From Savitreella phatthalungensis (lineage: Eukaryota), in assembly GCA_051599415.1 (NCBI GenBank), contig AP039693.1, positions 248,001 to 312,000 of the forward strand: a DNA stretch of 64,000 nt, given 5' to 3'. The notes under the pieces were generated by a model that worked only from the letters and a program-made list of their open reading frames with translations, did no database searches and was not told the origin of the DNA. The translations under genes were made by a program, and so were the position numbers. This document shows, piece after piece, positions 32,382-43,646 of this stretch; position 1 is the stretch's first letter, and each line of letters starts with the position of its first letter.

Positions 32382-33432
32382 ATGAATCAAGTGATGCTCA
32401 TTCTCGGGCTGCTGCTTACCGGAGATTGTCATGCCCAACGACCCGGTCTCTCTGACTCGAACGGTGTGCGAGAAGTGCCTCTGCGAACACACTCTCTGAG
32501 TGTCCCATTCCTCGATCAAGATTTTCATTCTCGGTGGTGGGATTACGGCGGTACGACGGTCGTCAACACAGCGAAGCACGTGCGGCTCACGTACGACCGA
32601 CAACACTCCACGGGCTACTTATGGTCTCGTCTGCCGATCACAGCGACTAACTATGAGATTGAATGGACTTTCAAGATCTCGGGTAGGGGCAACAGCCTCT
32701 ACGGCGATGGTATGGCAATGTGGTTGACACAGGGTCGCGCAAAACTTGGTCCCGCCATGGGAAATGAAGATCGTTTCGATGGTCTCGGCATCTTTTTCGA
32801 CACCTATCGAAACGGCAGGCGTGACGTCGGGTTTCCTTATGTCACAGCCATGCTCGGAGATGGAAATACTGTGTATGACAAGGGTCAAGACAATCAGAAT
32901 ACGGAGTTGGCCGGCTGCTCGGCGAGAGGCCTGCGGGAAGCATCATTCCCCACAAAAGCCAGGCTGACGTACTACAAAAACGACTTCCTGAAGCTCGAGC
33001 TGCAGTATAAGGTTGAGAATGAATGGGAAGAGTGCTTTACGGTCGATGATGTGAACATACCAAACGTTGTCTACCTCGGCTTCACGGCCGTCACCGGAGA
33101 AATTTCTGACAACCACGATCTGATTGAGGTGCACAGCAAGAATATTTTCGTACCAGACGCTGGCTCTCCGGGTGCTAAGATGGGCAAGAGTGGCAGATCG
33201 GGTGACCGGCGTCTGTCGTCTTCACACGCTACCAGCTCAAGTCTTGCAGGAGGAGTTCTGTCGTTTGCAATCTCCTGGTTATGGACTCTCCTCAAAATTG
33301 CTATCTTTGTGGGAGTATCGTACGGCGCTTTCCGGGGATATCAGGTAAGTGCCAGGATTCGCCACAACAATCCATGACTAACTCCGACAGCGTTACAAAT
33401 CCAAACCAAACAGACAAGTCCTGGGCTTCTAA
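32382..33432 (+). CDS. L-type lectin cargo receptor (VIP36/ERGIC-53/Emp46 family), join(32382..33344,33391..33432)
   Basis: Signal peptide, YGDGMAMW, GLGIFFDTY, YLGFTAVTG..SDNHD and a TM helix. A 46-nt intron GTAAGT..GACTAAC..CAG gives the cytosolic tail RYKSKPNRQVLGF. Confidence 0.92.
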
Positions 33433-33495
33433 ATTCCTAGTATGTCATTCACATCCGGATTTCCTTCTTTCGCACTGCCGATCGTCAGCGCTTAC

Positions 33496-34623
33496 TCAAG
33501 ACTGCGCTTTGCGAACAGTCTGTCGTTCCTTGAAGCAGCGTCGAATGTCGATCGCCGCCGAAAGTAGCTCCTCTCGGGTGACACCAGCTTCTATGCTGGC
33601 AAGAACTTTGTGAATAACGCTGATATGATTCGCGTGCTGCTTGTCATCCCGCGGCCGCATATATCGCCATCTTCCTTGTTGATCGAGCCTACATTCCACA
33701 ATCGCGCCATCGAGGCCACCGAAGCGAGTTCCATCTTCCGCAAACCGCTCGAAGTCATCTTCATCAGCGAACATCAATGCGAAGAAGCGATAATCGTGTT
33801 CCGTGTGCATTGCCCAAAGCTCCAATGTAGGCGGGTCGCTCGTGTCCTCCGAGCCATCCGGCAGAGTCGGAAATTTGAAGCGCAGTTGAAAGTCGACGGA
33901 ATTCTCGTCCGCGGGCTTCCATTTTATCAACGTCTCATCTGTGCCCGTACGGTAGGGCGCATCAAGGCTGGTGAAAATAAGACCGTCATTGCCGTGCAAA
34001 AGTTTAGGAATGATGCTGTCAAACATCATTCCAATCGCATAGGCGAGCTCCATCTTCTTGAACTTGACATCGAATGGGAAGCGGGCTGCGTGCTTGGAAT
34101 TTGCATGAACGAATTGCTTCAGGGGCTCAAGGAAATGCTGCTGTAAGTAACCGAGTCGCGAGCTCAGGTTGCGTTCGCGGATATCCTTTCCTTCGTACAA
34201 AAGCATATCAAACGCAAGGAAGACCAAGCGCTTTTTGCCATCAGGATAAATGTCAAGCACCAGCTCGCCATCGAGTATCGTCGAACTGTGGCAGCTTTTG
34301 AATGTTCGGTCCGCTGGAAGTGGGAAATGTAAACGCGGGATCGAGTAGTAGTCATTCTTACGATTGATTAGAAACGTAGCCTCACGCCCGTCCTCGAATC
34401 GACTGCAGTACATCAGACACCTGGTGCCATCCGACTTCTCGCATACATAGTAGTCTTGATGCAAGAGCTTGTCGATTGATCCTCTGTCGAAAGACACGGG
34501 CTGCGCCCCGGGGAACAATGAAGGGTTGCGAGTCCCGAGGAGCTTCGAGACCTGCTCACGACGTAAATCACGTTCGGGTCCGATGAGAGTGGCACCGGGT
34601 ATGGGCGGCGGTTCGCCTGTCAT
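33496..34623 (-). CDS. CEG1: mRNA capping enzyme, guanylyltransferase subunit
   Basis: FPGAQPVSF, motif I YYVCEKSDG, TILDGELV, NDGLIFT, KWKP and RDDKQHAN. Confidence 0.96.
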   Translation of the reverse strand: MTGEPPPIPGATLIGPERDLRREQVSKLLGTRNPSLFPGAQPVSFDRGSIDKLLHQDYYVCEKSDGTRCLMYCSRFEDGREATFLINRKNDYYSIPRLHFPLPADRTFKSCHSSTILDGELVLDIYPDGKKRLVFLAFDMLLYEGKDIRERNLSSRLGYLQQHFLEPLKQFVHANSKHAARFPFDVKFKKMELAYAIGMMFDSIIPKLLHGNDGLIFTSLDAPYRTGTDETLIKWKPADENSVDFQLRFKFPTLPDGSEDTSDPPTLELWAMHTEHDYRFFALMFADEDDFERFAEDGTRFGGLDGAIVECRLDQQGRWRYMRPRDDKQHANHISVIHKVLASIEAGVTREELLSAAIDIRRCFKERQTVRKAQS

Positions 34624-34769
34624 GATGTCAAGATGGAGCAAGCATTCAAAAGTGTGCGATTCTAGCTCGAAGGAAATACAAACAACTTAATCAAGTTGTG
34701 GAGACACCTCCACGACGGGAATCAAATTGATCGCGATGCTCGACGATGTATCGTTGAAACGCTCGGATA

Positions 34770-36134
34770 ATGCCCTGCAGTGCCAGCCGAGTAGTCAAAG
34801 TATCCGTCGTGGGCAGTGGTCCAGCTGGCTTCTATACTGCTCAAAAACTTCTGCGATGCCTCAAACATTGTCAGATTGACATGTTTGAAGCCTTGCCCGT
34901 TCCGTTTGGCTTAGCACGTTACGGCGTCGCTCCTGATCATCCGGAGGTGAAGAATGTCGTCCACAAGTTCAGTGAAGTCGCACTAGACAGGCGAGTGAGA
35001 TTCTATGGCAATGTACGCATCGGGACCGATATACCGCTTGTCAAGCTCCACGAGCACTATGATGCAACGGTATATTGCTATGGATCGGCAGCGGCTCGCA
35101 CATTAAGTGTACCAGGCATCGATCTCAAAGGTGTCTTGGACGCCCGTGAAATGGTTGCATGGTACAACGGTCATCCAGAGGTCCAGAATCTCGGAATTAA
35201 CCTCGAGCAGGTTGAGCAAGCAGTGGTCATTGGCCATGGCAATGTCGCGCTCGATCTGGCTCGTGTATTACTGTCAGATGTCGACAAGTTGCGTAAGACT
35301 GACATCTCTGAACGAGCGCTCGAAGAACTCTCGCGCAGCCGCGTCAAATCCGTGAAGATAATCGGCAGACGTGGTCCTTTACAAGCGTCATTCACTGCCA
35401 AAGAGATTCGTGAGCTCATCAAACTCGAAGAGGCGCGCTTCATTAACAGTGATCGCGAACTCCACGTTCAAGCTTCTATGCAAGAGCTTCGGCGCCCGGC
35501 GCGCCGCTTGATGCAGCTGCTTGCTGCCACCCAACCTGCAGGACAGCGCTCGTGGGATCTCTTGTACAAAAGATCTCCAAGAGCATTTATTGGCGATACT
35601 GCTTTGGAGAAGGTGCAATTGACACTGAATGAGCTCCAAGACATCGGCGGCAGGACAGTCGCCCAGCCTACCAACCAGACCGAGATAGTCTCAGCCGAAA
35701 TGGCCCTCGTCAGCATAGGCTATCGAGCCATACCTCTGCCGGGAATGTCCGAGATGAACATTGTATTTGACACAACGCGACATATACTCCCAAATGTCCA
35801 GGGTCGTGTAAACTCGCTAGATGCATCTGTTCCCGGGACATATTGCAGCGGCTGGGTGAAGAACGGACCTGTGGGGGTCATTGCCTCAACGATGCAAGAT
35901 GCATTCGAGACTGCAGAGGCGCTTGTCGCGGATGTCAAAAATGGCATGATAGCTTGCGGCCCCGAAAAAAGCGGACGACAAGTTATCGAGTCACTATTAG
36001 CGCATCACCGCGTCGTAACATGGCAGCATTGGCTGCAGTTAGCGCGATACGAGGCTTCACGTGGTGCGGAGCAGAGTCGGCCTGCATGCAAAGTCTTACA
36101 GGTCGAAGACATGTTGCGTTTTGCTGGCGTCTAG
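34770..36134 (+). CDS. ARH1: NADPH:adrenodoxin oxidoreductase
   Basis: GSGPAGFY, PFGLARYGVAPDHPEVKN, GHGNVALD and GWVKNGPVGVIAST motifs. Confidence 0.95.
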   Translation: MPCSASRVVKVSVVGSGPAGFYTAQKLLRCLKHCQIDMFEALPVPFGLARYGVAPDHPEVKNVVHKFSEVALDRRVRFYGNVRIGTDIPLVKLHEHYDATVYCYGSAAARTLSVPGIDLKGVLDAREMVAWYNGHPEVQNLGINLEQVEQAVVIGHGNVALDLARVLLSDVDKLRKTDISERALEELSRSRVKSVKIIGRRGPLQASFTAKEIRELIKLEEARFINSDRELHVQASMQELRRPARRLMQLLAATQPAGQRSWDLLYKRSPRAFIGDTALEKVQLTLNELQDIGGRTVAQPTNQTEIVSAEMALVSIGYRAIPLPGMSEMNIVFDTTRHILPNVQGRVNSLDASVPGTYCSGWVKNGPVGVIASTMQDAFETAEALVADVKNGMIACGPEKSGRQVIESLLAHHRVVTWQHWLQLARYEASRGAEQSRPACKVLQVEDMLRFAGV

Positions 36135-36985
36135 TGTACCAAGTACTGCACCAGGAGCGGAAAAACGCAACCGGCCAAATAAGCGCAGAGTCCACTCGTA
36201 GGCTGGTCGTGAGGAAAATGTGCGAGCGCCAAGAACAGAAAAGTTCCGCCCGAGAATGTCACCAACAAACTCGTGAGACGCTCTAGCGCATTGTCATGCG
36301 ACGTGGCCAACCCTAGTACGATTACGTGCGTCAGGAGCGCGCCAAACGGCGCAGCGAGGGAGAACAATGTGAGGTGCAACTTGAGCTGATTGCGTGAGAC
36401 CAATCGGCGATGCAATACTGACCCTAAAGCAAAGGACGCCGGGAATTTGTGTAGCAGCACAGCCATCCAAACGAGGACGCTTGTAGTTGTAGAGGCATTT
36501 GAAGCAGCGCCGAGCGCGACGCCATCAGCCAAAGAGTGTATCACAAGGCCAGTAGTTGTTAGCAAAGCCCCTGTGCCGGATGATCCGTGATGAGCTTCTT
36601 GGCTATGTGCTAGCGATATGCCATTCAGCTCACGAAGAGCATCGACGGAAACAAACTGTGAGCGTGTCTCCCCAGGCTGGAGGGAGCGTGTCAAGAGTGT
36701 GTCGATACACATCATGCACATGAACCCTGCGAGCAGCAGAAGACCAACTATTTGCTCAGTAAAACCTTGCGCGGACAATTTATCGTCGGCGCCGCTGTAG
36801 GCTTTGAGGACGAGGAAGCAGCCCTCCGGTACAATGACAGCAAAAGCGCAGCCACTCAGTATGCCAGTGCCGAAGGTAGAAACGAGCCAAAGCTTGTCAG
36901 ACGACAATGGCAACAGAACAGGCAGCCAAGCAAAAGCGAACGTGAACGCTCCCAAAACGGTACAGAAGAAGACTAGCCAGAACAT
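36131..36985 (-). CDS. ZIP-family transporter (Atx2/ZIP9-like)
   Basis: IVPEG, TTTGLVIHSLADGVALGA, LLHKFPASF and FSGGTFL motifs. Confidence 0.9.
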   Translation of the reverse strand: MFWLVFFCTVLGAFTFAFAWLPVLLPLSSDKLWLVSTFGTGILSGCAFAVIVPEGCFLVLKAYSGADDKLSAQGFTEQIVGLLLLAGFMCMMCIDTLLTRSLQPGETRSQFVSVDALRELNGISLAHSQEAHHGSSGTGALLTTTGLVIHSLADGVALGAASNASTTTSVLVWMAVLLHKFPASFALGSVLHRRLVSRNQLKLHLTLFSLAAPFGALLTHVIVLGLATSHDNALERLTSLLVTFSGGTFLFLALAHFPHDQPTSGLCAYLAGCVFPLLVQYLVH

Positions 36986-37129
36986 CCCTGTGCGACGAGG
37001 CGGTCTTTCAAAAATCCGCAGCGCTGCTGATTATTTACCCACAGATAAACACGTCTTGTGTCCAGTACCATTCGGTATTTCGACTTACACGGCCGTGTTG
37101 CGATTCTTATAACCATAGACAAGCCATTG

Positions 37130-37783
37130 ATGTCGGGCAAGACGCTCGGCGATACAGGCGGCAGTATCACAAGTGCGACGGCTGCACATAAGATCAAAGG
37201 AAAGGCTCAAAAAAGTACAGAAGCTGCTGGCGCTGCGGCGAAGACAACGAAAAAGCGAAAAGCAGAAGCGGATGCCGTAGGTGCACCAAAGGCAAAGAAG
37301 GCGCCAAGCAAGACGACGACGACTAGAAAGGTCGAGTCGAAGGCGAGAGGACCTGTCGATGTCGAGAGACAGTGTGGTGTCCCTCTACCACAAGGTGGTC
37401 TATGTGCGCGTAGCTTGACTTGCAAATCGCATAGCATGGGTGCCAAGCGTGCGGTGCAGGGTCGAAGCCAGCCATATGATATCCTCCTAGCACAGTATCA
37501 GAAGAAGAATCACGCAAAGCTTTCTCTAAAGGCCGCAGCAGACGGAGCCGCATACGACAGGGATGACATCGGACCGCCTGTAGACTCCGATGAAGAGGTC
37601 TCCGCTGTCGTAGAATCTGTCGCCCGGTCACTTGGGCGCCCCGCACAGACCAAGGCGCTTATGCCTGTGCGTCGGCGGCATCGCTTCCTTTTAGCACGCG
37701 AGATGATGGCGACCGCCCTCAAGAACAATTCAGGTCATCCAGCGATACAACTTCACGGTAAGTATATTCCATTCCAAGCTTAG
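37130..37783 (+). CDS. SGF73: SAGA subunit Sgf73/ataxin-7 (SCA7 domain); N-terminus appears short
   Basis: GPVDVERQCGVPLPQGGLCARSLTCKSHSMGAKRAVQGRSQPYDILL and DSDEEV motifs. Confidence 0.88.
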   Translation: MSGKTLGDTGGSITSATAAHKIKGKAQKSTEAAGAAAKTTKKRKAEADAVGAPKAKKAPSKTTTTRKVESKARGPVDVERQCGVPLPQGGLCARSLTCKSHSMGAKRAVQGRSQPYDILLAQYQKKNHAKLSLKAAADGAAYDRDDIGPPVDSDEEVSAVVESVARSLGRPAQTKALMPVRRRHRFLLAREMMATALKNNSGHPAIQLHGKYIPFQA

Positions 37784-37828
37784 CGGACCAGTCTGCTTCT
37801 TTTGCGGGAATCTGTACAATCATTACAT

Positions 37829-38371
37829 TCAGAACAGGGTATCTTCGTCGCGTAGATATTCGCCGATATCTGTCTGGTGAAAGGCTACGACATCTGTAGG
37901 CTGGAGCTTGCGTGAGTCCACAGTTGACCTCGCGGTAACGCCAAATCCTATAGGCGTATCATTCATGGAGAAAATGATGACTCCCTGATGCTCGGGCGTA
38001 TCTTCGCTGATACGCCCTACATGCGCCTTTAGTACATTGTTGCCGTAGAGGTACGGCATCTCTCCATTCGGCTTCACCCATATTTTAAACTTCGCGTGTC
38101 GAGCAATCACGTCAAGCGCGGTGACGTGTAGACGAAACTTTCCGGTCCTCGTGAACTTGCCAAGAGGCGTGCCCAGCGAGACGAGCTGGTCGCGTCCCAC
38201 GGAAATGGCAACTTTGACAAGGCGCTCACTCGAATAGTAGACTCGGTCGCGCTGCAATCTGAAGCAGTGAGGATCATCCGGCCGATCTATGAGGTGCTTG
38301 ATGTTGCGACCGATGTACTGCGCGAGCTTTTCAAATAGTGTACGGGTCTCTTTTTCGGTCAAAGGACGCAT
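37829..38371 (-). CDS. NIP7: 60S ribosome biogenesis protein Nip7
   Basis: [23 protein letters not shown] and C-terminal [13 protein letters not shown]; 180 aa. Confidence 0.97.
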   Translation of the reverse strand: MRPLTEKETRTLFEKLAQYIGRNIKHLIDRPDDPHCFRLQRDRVYYSSERLVKVAISVGRDQLVSLGTPLGKFTRTGKFRLHVTALDVIARHAKFKIWVKPNGEMPYLYGNNVLKAHVGRISEDTPEHQGVIIFSMNDTPIGFGVTARSTVDSRKLQPTDVVAFHQTDIGEYLRDEDTLF

Positions 38372-38529
38372 CTCCGCTCAAGTACTCCTATTGCGCTGAG
38401 CCTATGTCTGACAAATCGACGAAAGCTTGTGCCTCGATTTTGATAGATTGACTGTGGTGGTGTCAGGCCTGGATTCAGTGAAGATCACGAAATAGTCAAT
38501 TATACATTGCATGATATATATGCGTACGT

Positions 38530-39912
38530 ATGCCTGCAGTCATCTATCTGCAGCGAGCAAGAGCAGCAGCAAACGGCAGGTCAATCAGGTCCGCCGAAGA
38601 GACACACGCGCAGCTTCTGCGAAGACGAGCTTTCGCCAGCATGAGTTTCTCGCTGGGGAAGCGAGATCGGCCGATGTCCTCTCGAGCACGATCTCCGGCG
38701 GCTAAGCGGACCGACGTTTCGGACGAATCTATGGGTGGAAAATCCTCTCGTCTACCGAAACGCAAAGTAGCTTGTTTCATAGGCTATTGCGGCACTGGCT
38801 ATGCAGGGCTGCAGCTCAATCCACCTCATCCTACCATCGAGAGCGCATTCTTCGATGCATTCGTCAAGGCTGGCGCTGTGTCGAAAGAGAACTCGGATGA
38901 TCCGAAAAAGGTTGCTCTCCAAAGATCAGCGCGAACGGATAAGGGCGTTCACGCAGCTGTTAATGTTCTTGCTCTCAAAATGATCATAGAAGATCCAGAT
39001 ATCGTCCTCAAGGTCAATCAACATTTGCCGGAGCAAATGCGGTTGTGGAAGATTGAACGAACTACCAAATCGTTTTCGCCAAGAAATCATTGTGATTCCC
39101 GTTGGTACGAGTATCTCATTCCTTCGCTATCTTTTCTTCCGCCGAGGAAGGGATCGCCATGGGGAAAAAGAATCTTAGAGTGCAATGGCGGTCGCATGCT
39201 GCGGGATGAAGCCGCGAACTTCTGGGACGACATACCTTGGATATGCTCCAATGACGGTGTGGATGCTGCCGCAGAGATCAAGGCAAACAAAGAAGCAGTG
39301 CGTCTGGCACGTCGTAAATACCGCATTTCCGCCGAGCGGCTCTCTGCCGTCCGACAATTTCTCTCTCGCTTTGTCGGCACGAGGAACTTTCACAACTACA
39401 CGGTCGATCAAGACTTTCGAGCAAGTAATTCCCTTCGAGTGATACGATCGTTCACAGCTTCTGAGCCGTTTTTGATCGACAATACGCAGTGGATTTCTCT
39501 CAAGATTCACGGTCAATCATTCATGCTGCATCAGATACGAAAGATGGTCGCCATGGTGATATGCGCTGTTCGTTGCGGTTGTTCAGACACGGCGTTCGAT
39601 GAGACCTTCAAAGAGAAGCGGGTCAATATTCCGAAGGCGCCCAGTCTCGGTCTTCTCCTTGAACGCCCAGTCTTCGAAGGCTATAATCGGAATATCGCGA
39701 GCAAGCATGACGACAGATCTACGATCGGAATTGACGAGCTTGTCGAGCAAATCGAGACCTTTAAGCAAGAGCGCATTTACGACAAGCTGTACGCGACTGA
39801 AGAGCAAGAGAATACCTTTGCCAGCTTCACCAGCGGTCTTGATGGACACGGAGCCAGGGGCACGTTGGACTTTCTCCTTGATGAGATCATCGCACCAATC
39901 GCCACAGTCTGA
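38530..39912 (+). CDS. PUS1: tRNA pseudouridine synthase Pus1 (TruA family); start may be 38641
   Basis: KRKVACFIGYCGTGY, ARTDKGVHA (catalytic Asp), NFHNYT and GQSFMLHQIRKM motifs. Confidence 0.94.
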   Translation: MPAVIYLQRARAAANGRSIRSAEETHAQLLRRRAFASMSFSLGKRDRPMSSRARSPAAKRTDVSDESMGGKSSRLPKRKVACFIGYCGTGYAGLQLNPPHPTIESAFFDAFVKAGAVSKENSDDPKKVALQRSARTDKGVHAAVNVLALKMIIEDPDIVLKVNQHLPEQMRLWKIERTTKSFSPRNHCDSRWYEYLIPSLSFLPPRKGSPWGKRILECNGGRMLRDEAANFWDDIPWICSNDGVDAAAEIKANKEAVRLARRKYRISAERLSAVRQFLSRFVGTRNFHNYTVDQDFRASNSLRVIRSFTASEPFLIDNTQWISLKIHGQSFMLHQIRKMVAMVICAVRCGCSDTAFDETFKEKRVNIPKAPSLGLLLERPVFEGYNRNIASKHDDRSTIGIDELVEQIETFKQERIYDKLYATEEQENTFASFTSGLDGHGARGTLDFLLDEIIAPIATV

Positions 39913-39949
39913 CTACCCCACACCTGTACCTTGTAGTTGGAAATAAATC

Positions 39950-41095
39950 ATGCAAGCATTCCCATCAGATTTCCCGGTGCTTAATACTGCATGGAACATG
40001 AGAGATCGGCTTGTCGGGATCTATTCGAGCCTCGACATCGGCGACGTCGCTTGGCTGCTCCGGCTTCGCGAGCTATCAGCTGTTGGCGATCCGTCGACGC
40101 TCATTTCGCGGTTAGCGGACAGCGATCTCTCACTATTTGATTGTAGGTCACGTATCGATGCAGATCGTGACAACTGCGTAAGAACATCAGTCAAGCTAGG
40201 TCTACGTGGCGCAGTCAGTGTGCAGCTTCCGTCAGAGACATGGGCGGAGATCTTGAGACGGACTAGAGATTGGGAATTAGCAACAGCGCTGGGCTATTCC
40301 GATATTGCGCTTCCCATGCCAATTGTTTGGGAGGGCGCCAGCAAAGCACACCTTGCAATTCTACGAGACGATCAGAAGCTCATCTCAACTCTGTCGGCAG
40401 GTGAGTTGCATCCTCTGCCATCTCATGTGGTCGAGGTTGTGATCAGATTTGAGTATCTCGATACGTTGGCCTTATTGAATCGTCTGCGTCCGGCATCTTT
40501 GAAAGCGGACACCATTCCGCTGTTGGCAAGCAGATTCAATTCGCCCGCTGTGCTCGAGTGGTGGAAGTTGAATTTCTCGCAACGAATATACGACGAGAGT
40601 TGTCTCGAGGCCGCTTCTGCATCGGGTAATCTGGATGCGCTCGAGTGGTGGCGTTCCTCGGGCCTACCATTGCGCATCGGTCGTGTGCTGGACTTCGCGT
40701 CTGATGAGGGCCACGTTGAGGTCCTCGACTGGTGGAAGAGTAGCGGTCTCAAGTACAAATACACCAAGTTCGCGATGCATCATGCCTCGCAGAATGGTCA
40801 CGTCAATGTACTCAACTGGTGGTTGGAAAGTGGATTGCAACTTTTCTACGACCGTGGATGTCTAGACTTGGCCACTCGCTTCAACCAAGTGGCTGTATTG
40901 GAGTGGTGGCGAACGTGTGGCCTCGTGATTGAGTATCGCATCATGGACATCGAAGAGGCGCTTGGTGAAGCCTTGGTTGCAGGGAACGATTGCCGAAATT
41001 GGTGGATAGAGCAAGGCATCGATTTTGGCGCCGACAATAATGACTGGCTGCGAGACAGAACCCTGAATGAACACGCCGAGTACCGAGCCAATTGA
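39950..41095 (+). CDS. Fungal ankyrin-repeat protein with repeated AS..G...VL.WW..SGL units
   Basis: At least five degenerate ankyrin repeats after an F-box-like LPSETWAEIL..DWELATALG segment. Confidence 0.75.
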   Translation: MQAFPSDFPVLNTAWNMRDRLVGIYSSLDIGDVAWLLRLRELSAVGDPSTLISRLADSDLSLFDCRSRIDADRDNCVRTSVKLGLRGAVSVQLPSETWAEILRRTRDWELATALGYSDIALPMPIVWEGASKAHLAILRDDQKLISTLSAGELHPLPSHVVEVVIRFEYLDTLALLNRLRPASLKADTIPLLASRFNSPAVLEWWKLNFSQRIYDESCLEAASASGNLDALEWWRSSGLPLRIGRVLDFASDEGHVEVLDWWKSSGLKYKYTKFAMHHASQNGHVNVLNWWLESGLQLFYDRGCLDLATRFNQVAVLEWWRTCGLVIEYRIMDIEEALGEALVAGNDCRNWWIEQGIDFGADNNDWLRDRTLNEHAEYRAN

Positions 41096-41160
41096 GCATC
41101 TTTGAATGGCTGAGCAACGCGGTCGCGGCAAGATTGACGAATCTGCAACGAACGACGATG

Positions 41161-41161
<1 letters not shown>

Positions 41162-41251
<90 letters not shown>
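41162..41251. repeat. Perfect (AC)45 microsatellite
   Basis: Uninterrupted 90-nt dinucleotide run between two convergent 3' ends. Confidence 0.98.
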
Positions 41252-41254
<3 letters not shown>

Positions 41255-41357
41255 CCTCGAGATGAAGACGATGCACGACCATTACATTACATACGATGTC
41301 ATCAATAATACATAGGACATGGAGTTTCCGTCGTCGTGAAGCATGCGGAAAGGTGTC

Positions 41358-42212
41358 TCACATTGAGATGCGGCTCAAGAGACGCTCCCAATTTGGCTTG
41401 TCGGGCTCGACGTCGTCCTGCAGCGGTGGCGTCTGAGCCCGATCATCTGAGTGCGACGCCCTCCGAGCTGCTTCCATTTCTCGTGAGTAAAGGCCATGCT
41501 CCTCAATATAGTCGACGACACTCTCGGGAAGTAAGTAGCGCACGCTATACTCCTTCCGCAAGAGCAGCCGTACTTTCGTCGAGCTTACGTCGTTCATTAC
41601 GGTCTGTTCGACCTGGTGAATGTTGTCTGCCCAATGACTCAAAGCTGATGTGGCCTTTTTTATATCGCTGCCCATCCGCTCGATAACGACCGCGCCGTAG
41701 TGTCCAAGAATGTGATTCAGATCTTTGGCGTTCCAAACACCCTCGTCGGACATTGTCTTGAGCAGGTCTGATCCAGCCAGCAGCATAATTTTAGCTTTCC
41801 GTTTTTCAGAAGATTCTGGTATGGCAACCCCGCCTAGTCTGCCGTTTATCTCTGCATCAAAGTGGTCGAGCACCAGTGCGGTTGGAGTGTACGTTGCCTG
41901 TGACGCTTCCCACGAGTCGACATCCCATCGATCCGATGTTTCCTGGCACGCCAACCTCACCATATTGAGCCGATGCTTCGCAGGAGCCAGGCCATCTTTC
42001 TTGTATGCGTCGGACACCGGCGAGAAGTAGCCACCGACAAGTTCAAAAGACGTAGCGTGCCGGACGTAGTCGCCAGCGAGCTCGAACATACGTAAGTGAA
42101 GATTAGTGATGGGCGAGAACGAACCGCAGGCGACCAATACGAGAGGTTCCCTGTGCCGATCTGTCAGGATCGTACGCAGCCGCGACTTTGGGAATGTGTA
42201 TGCCGTTGCCAT
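41358..42212 (-). CDS. NMA1: Nicotinamide/nicotinate mononucleotide adenylyltransferase
   Basis: VACGSFSPITNLHLRMFE, SPVSDAYKK, LLAGSDL and NDVSSTKVR motifs. Confidence 0.95.
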   Translation of the reverse strand: MATAYTFPKSRLRTILTDRHREPLVLVACGSFSPITNLHLRMFELAGDYVRHATSFELVGGYFSPVSDAYKKDGLAPAKHRLNMVRLACQETSDRWDVDSWEASQATYTPTALVLDHFDAEINGRLGGVAIPESSEKRKAKIMLLAGSDLLKTMSDEGVWNAKDLNHILGHYGAVVIERMGSDIKKATSALSHWADNIHQVEQTVMNDVSSTKVRLLLRKEYSVRYLLPESVVDYIEEHGLYSREMEAARRASHSDDRAQTPPLQDDVEPDKPNWERLLSRISM

Positions 42213-42380
42213 CTCTGGTCAGCCTATCTTTAGTATCAGTCCGCGACAGAAAATATTGTGTTAGAATGGCCACGTCCAAATCGAATCGAATCGGAAGTGT
42301 ACCGCAGATCCATTTCCCCAGCCTGGCATTCCCAATGGCCGCAGCGCAAATTCACCTTACAAAATCATCTTGTCTGATAA

Positions 42381-43646
<1,266 letters not shown>

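Noticed and set aside
33345..33390. TGA-CTA read-through motif at the end of the lectin ORF (33375-33380)
   Set aside because: It is the branch point (GACTAAC) of a 46-nt intron; the spliced C-terminus fits the family better.
40846..41315. Poly-CV and poly-HT ORFs
   Set aside because: Artefacts of translating the (AC)n microsatellite.
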